Source: an uncultured delta proteobacterium (GTDB lineage: Bacteria; Desulfobacterota; Binatia; UBA9968). From it: 64,000 bases of DNA. Below the pieces are notes generated by a model, which did not search any database, had not been told where the DNA came from, and saw only the letters and a program-made list of their open reading frames with translations. The position numbers and the translations under genes were made by a program. Each line of letters starts with the position of its first letter. Position 1 is the stretch's first letter. Positions 61,977 through 64,000 of this stretch are shown here, piece by piece. The stretch is from NCBI GenBank assembly GCA_963755715.1, contig CAVWLW010000033.1, positions 128,001 through 192,000 of the forward strand, given 5' to 3'.

Positions 61977-62762
61977 TCAGCTCATCAATCTGCCCCCAGA
62001 CACGTTCAGCGACTCTCCCGTAGTGTGCGACGAGTCGTTAGATGCTAAAAAGAGCGCCGCCTGGGCGACCTCTTCGTGCTTAGCGTACTTGCGCAGCGGC
62101 GTGAGTGCGAGGATTTGCGCTTCGTGGGCTTCGACCGTCATGCCCAGATTCTTGGCGCGTTGAGCGTACATTTCGCGCAGATCCGGCTCATCCATGCCGC
62201 CCGGGCAGATGATGTTGGCCCTGATTCCGTGCGGGCCATATTCCTTGGCGATGGTTTGGGTCAAGCCGACTACGCCCCATTTGGCGGCGCAAAGCGAACC
62301 ACGCATCGCCATGCCTTCTCGGCCGGCGGTGCCGGAAATGCTGACGATGCTGCCGCTTTTCTGTTTGACCATCTGCTTCAAGACCGCCCGACAGCACAAG
62401 AAGACCAGCTTGAGGTTGTAGAGAATCACGTCGTCGAATTCCTTTTCGCTGATATCGGTCACCTGCACCAGCGGGCCGCGAAACCCGGCGCTGTTGACGA
62501 GCACGTCGATCCGGCCGAAGCGGCGCACGATTTCGTCGACGAACGCATTGACCTGACGATCATCACTGCAGTCGGCGGTGAGCGCGACCGCCTTTCCGCC
62601 CTCTTGACTGATTGCTTGAGCGACACCGTCGAGCTGCGGCTTCATCTTTTTCAAGTCGACGAGAACAAGGCTTGCGCCTTCCTTGGAAAAAGTATGCGCG
62701 ATCGTCTCGCCGATGCCGCGCGCGCCGCCGACGATAACCGCGACCTGACCGTCTAGTTTCAT
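61977..62762 (-). CDS. Short-chain dehydrogenase/reductase
   Basis: VGGARGIG, DVLVNSAG, IRANIICPG, TGESLNVSGG. Confidence 0.88.
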   Translation of the reverse strand: MKLDGQVAVIVGGARGIGETIAHTFSKEGASLVLVDLKKMKPQLDGVAQAISQEGGKAVALTADCSDDRQVNAFVDEIVRRFGRIDVLVNSAGFRGPLVQVTDISEKEFDDVILYNLKLVFLCCRAVLKQMVKQKSGSIVSISGTAGREGMAMRGSLCAAKWGVVGLTQTIAKEYGPHGIRANIICPGGMDEPDLREMYAQRAKNLGMTVEAHEAQILALTPLRKYAKHEEVAQAALFLASNDSSHTTGESLNVSGGRLMS

Positions 62763-62938
62763 TATTCGTTCTCCCAGATTTTGTTCGTTGAATTAGCGAT
62801 ACTGCTGAACGGAGCTAGAGGACACCATACTGAATTGTCTTGACGAGGACAACGGACTTCGACTAGCTTGCCGATGAGTTTTTGCCGCCGTCTCGAACAT
62901 TTCGCTCTCGTGTCCAACGTCAGCGCGAGGAGATGAAT

Positions 62939-63949
62939 ATGAAGCAGAGAAGTTTTCGTCGATGGTTTGTTCTCACCGTGATTTCACTCAGCGAGCCGGC
63001 GTTTGCCCAGGACGCCAAGCTGATTGATGCCGCGAAAAAAGAGGGCGGCAAGGTCATCGTCTACAGCTCGATGGAGTCCAGCATTTCGGACGGGATTGCC
63101 GCGGCGTTCAAAAAGAAGACTGGCTTGGAGATGGAATATTGGCGCGGCTCGTCGACGAAGGTGCTCGATCGCGCCCTCAGCGAACACCGGGCCGGGAAGC
63201 CGCTCTTCGATGTCGCCATCACCATCGCGGATCCAATGTTTCTCATGCAGAGCGAAGGTGTTTTCGCCAAGTATGAATCGCCGTCGGCGGCGGACTATCC
63301 GAAATCGCTGATCGATCCGAACTTGGGACCGAATTATCGCACGCTGCTGATCGGTATCGTCTACAATAAAAACTCGATCAAACCCGCCGATGCGCCGAAG
63401 TCTTTCGAAGATTTGGTTAAGCCTCAGTTTAAGGGCAAAGTCATCATGCCCGATCCGACGCAACACACGACGACGACGCAGTGGGTCGCCAGTCTGCCAA
63501 AGCTTCTGGGCAAAGAGCGGGCCGACAAGTTTACTCGCGACCTGGCGGCAACAAAGCCGATTTTGGCTGAGTCACTCCTTCCGCCGGTCGAACGCGCGGT
63601 GAGCGGAGAGGTGCCGATCGCGATCACACTCCTTCATTATACCTATGTGTTCAGTCAGAAGGGCGCGCCGTTGGATTACGTGCGCATGCCGCGGCTGCTC
63701 GGCGACGCCAATTACGTCGCCCTGGCAAACAAAGCGCCGCATCCTAACACGGGCAAGGCGTTCATCGATTATTTTCTCGACGACGAGTGCATGAATCTGA
63801 TGGCGAAGCTCGGCGAGTTCGTAAATCGCAAGGGCATCGCTTCGCCGCTGGAAGGAGTGGATAAGATCCAGTTCGTACCGATGGAACGGCTCGACGCAAA
63901 AACTTACGCGGAGAAAAAGAAGGAATACCAGAAGTTATTTCTGCAGTGA
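62939..63949 (+). CDS. Fe(III)/thiamine-type ABC substrate-binding protein
   Basis: RBS GAGGAG; AAKKEGGKVIVYSS, IVYNKN, APKSFEDL, APHPNTGKAFIDY. Confidence 0.82.
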   Translation: MKQRSFRRWFVLTVISLSEPAFAQDAKLIDAAKKEGGKVIVYSSMESSISDGIAAAFKKKTGLEMEYWRGSSTKVLDRALSEHRAGKPLFDVAITIADPMFLMQSEGVFAKYESPSAADYPKSLIDPNLGPNYRTLLIGIVYNKNSIKPADAPKSFEDLVKPQFKGKVIMPDPTQHTTTTQWVASLPKLLGKERADKFTRDLAATKPILAESLLPPVERAVSGEVPIAITLLHYTYVFSQKGAPLDYVRMPRLLGDANYVALANKAPHPNTGKAFIDYFLDDECMNLMAKLGEFVNRKGIASPLEGVDKIQFVPMERLDAKTYAEKKKEYQKLFLQ

Positions 63950-64000
63950 ACCGCAGATGCTGTCCTAGTCACAGCAAGTAAAACGCGACAGTCGAGAATT

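Overview
Bacterial chromosomal window, GC-rich and densely coding (about 60 genes). I found no rRNA, tRNA, CRISPR array, integrase or transposase. The gene content resembles Candidatus Binatia/Binatota-type deltaproteobacterial genomes (inference): many SsuA/NMT1-type solute-binding proteins, two ornithine-cyclodeaminase paralogs, UbiD, LLM, amidohydrolase, a PaaA-like diiron protein and a gentisate-dioxygenase-like cupin. Housekeeping genes include pgeF, mltA, an acyl-CoA carboxylase operon, pyruvoyl arginine decarboxylase, tatC, a TatA/B-family gene, fabF, fabH, pncB, etfBA and pyk. About ten genes are split by 1-2 nt indels, most likely long-read assembly errors. The most notable observations are: (1) a self-contained mini transcription unit at 27280-27452, with a near-consensus sigma70 promoter, a 17-nt region complementary to the 16S rRNA 3' end, a 13-aa CxxC peptide ORF and a long hairpin; (2) a three-gene cassette of a kinase-fold/methyltransferase fusion, a Thr-nucleophile membrane sulfatase-fold enzyme and a small YIDPG membrane protein; (3) a family of intergenic 7/8-mer tandem-repeat hairpins; (4) divergent ECF-type promoters between a decayed ECF sigma gene and a beta-propeller/cupredoxin pair; (5) several unusual oxygenase-SBP catabolic modules.
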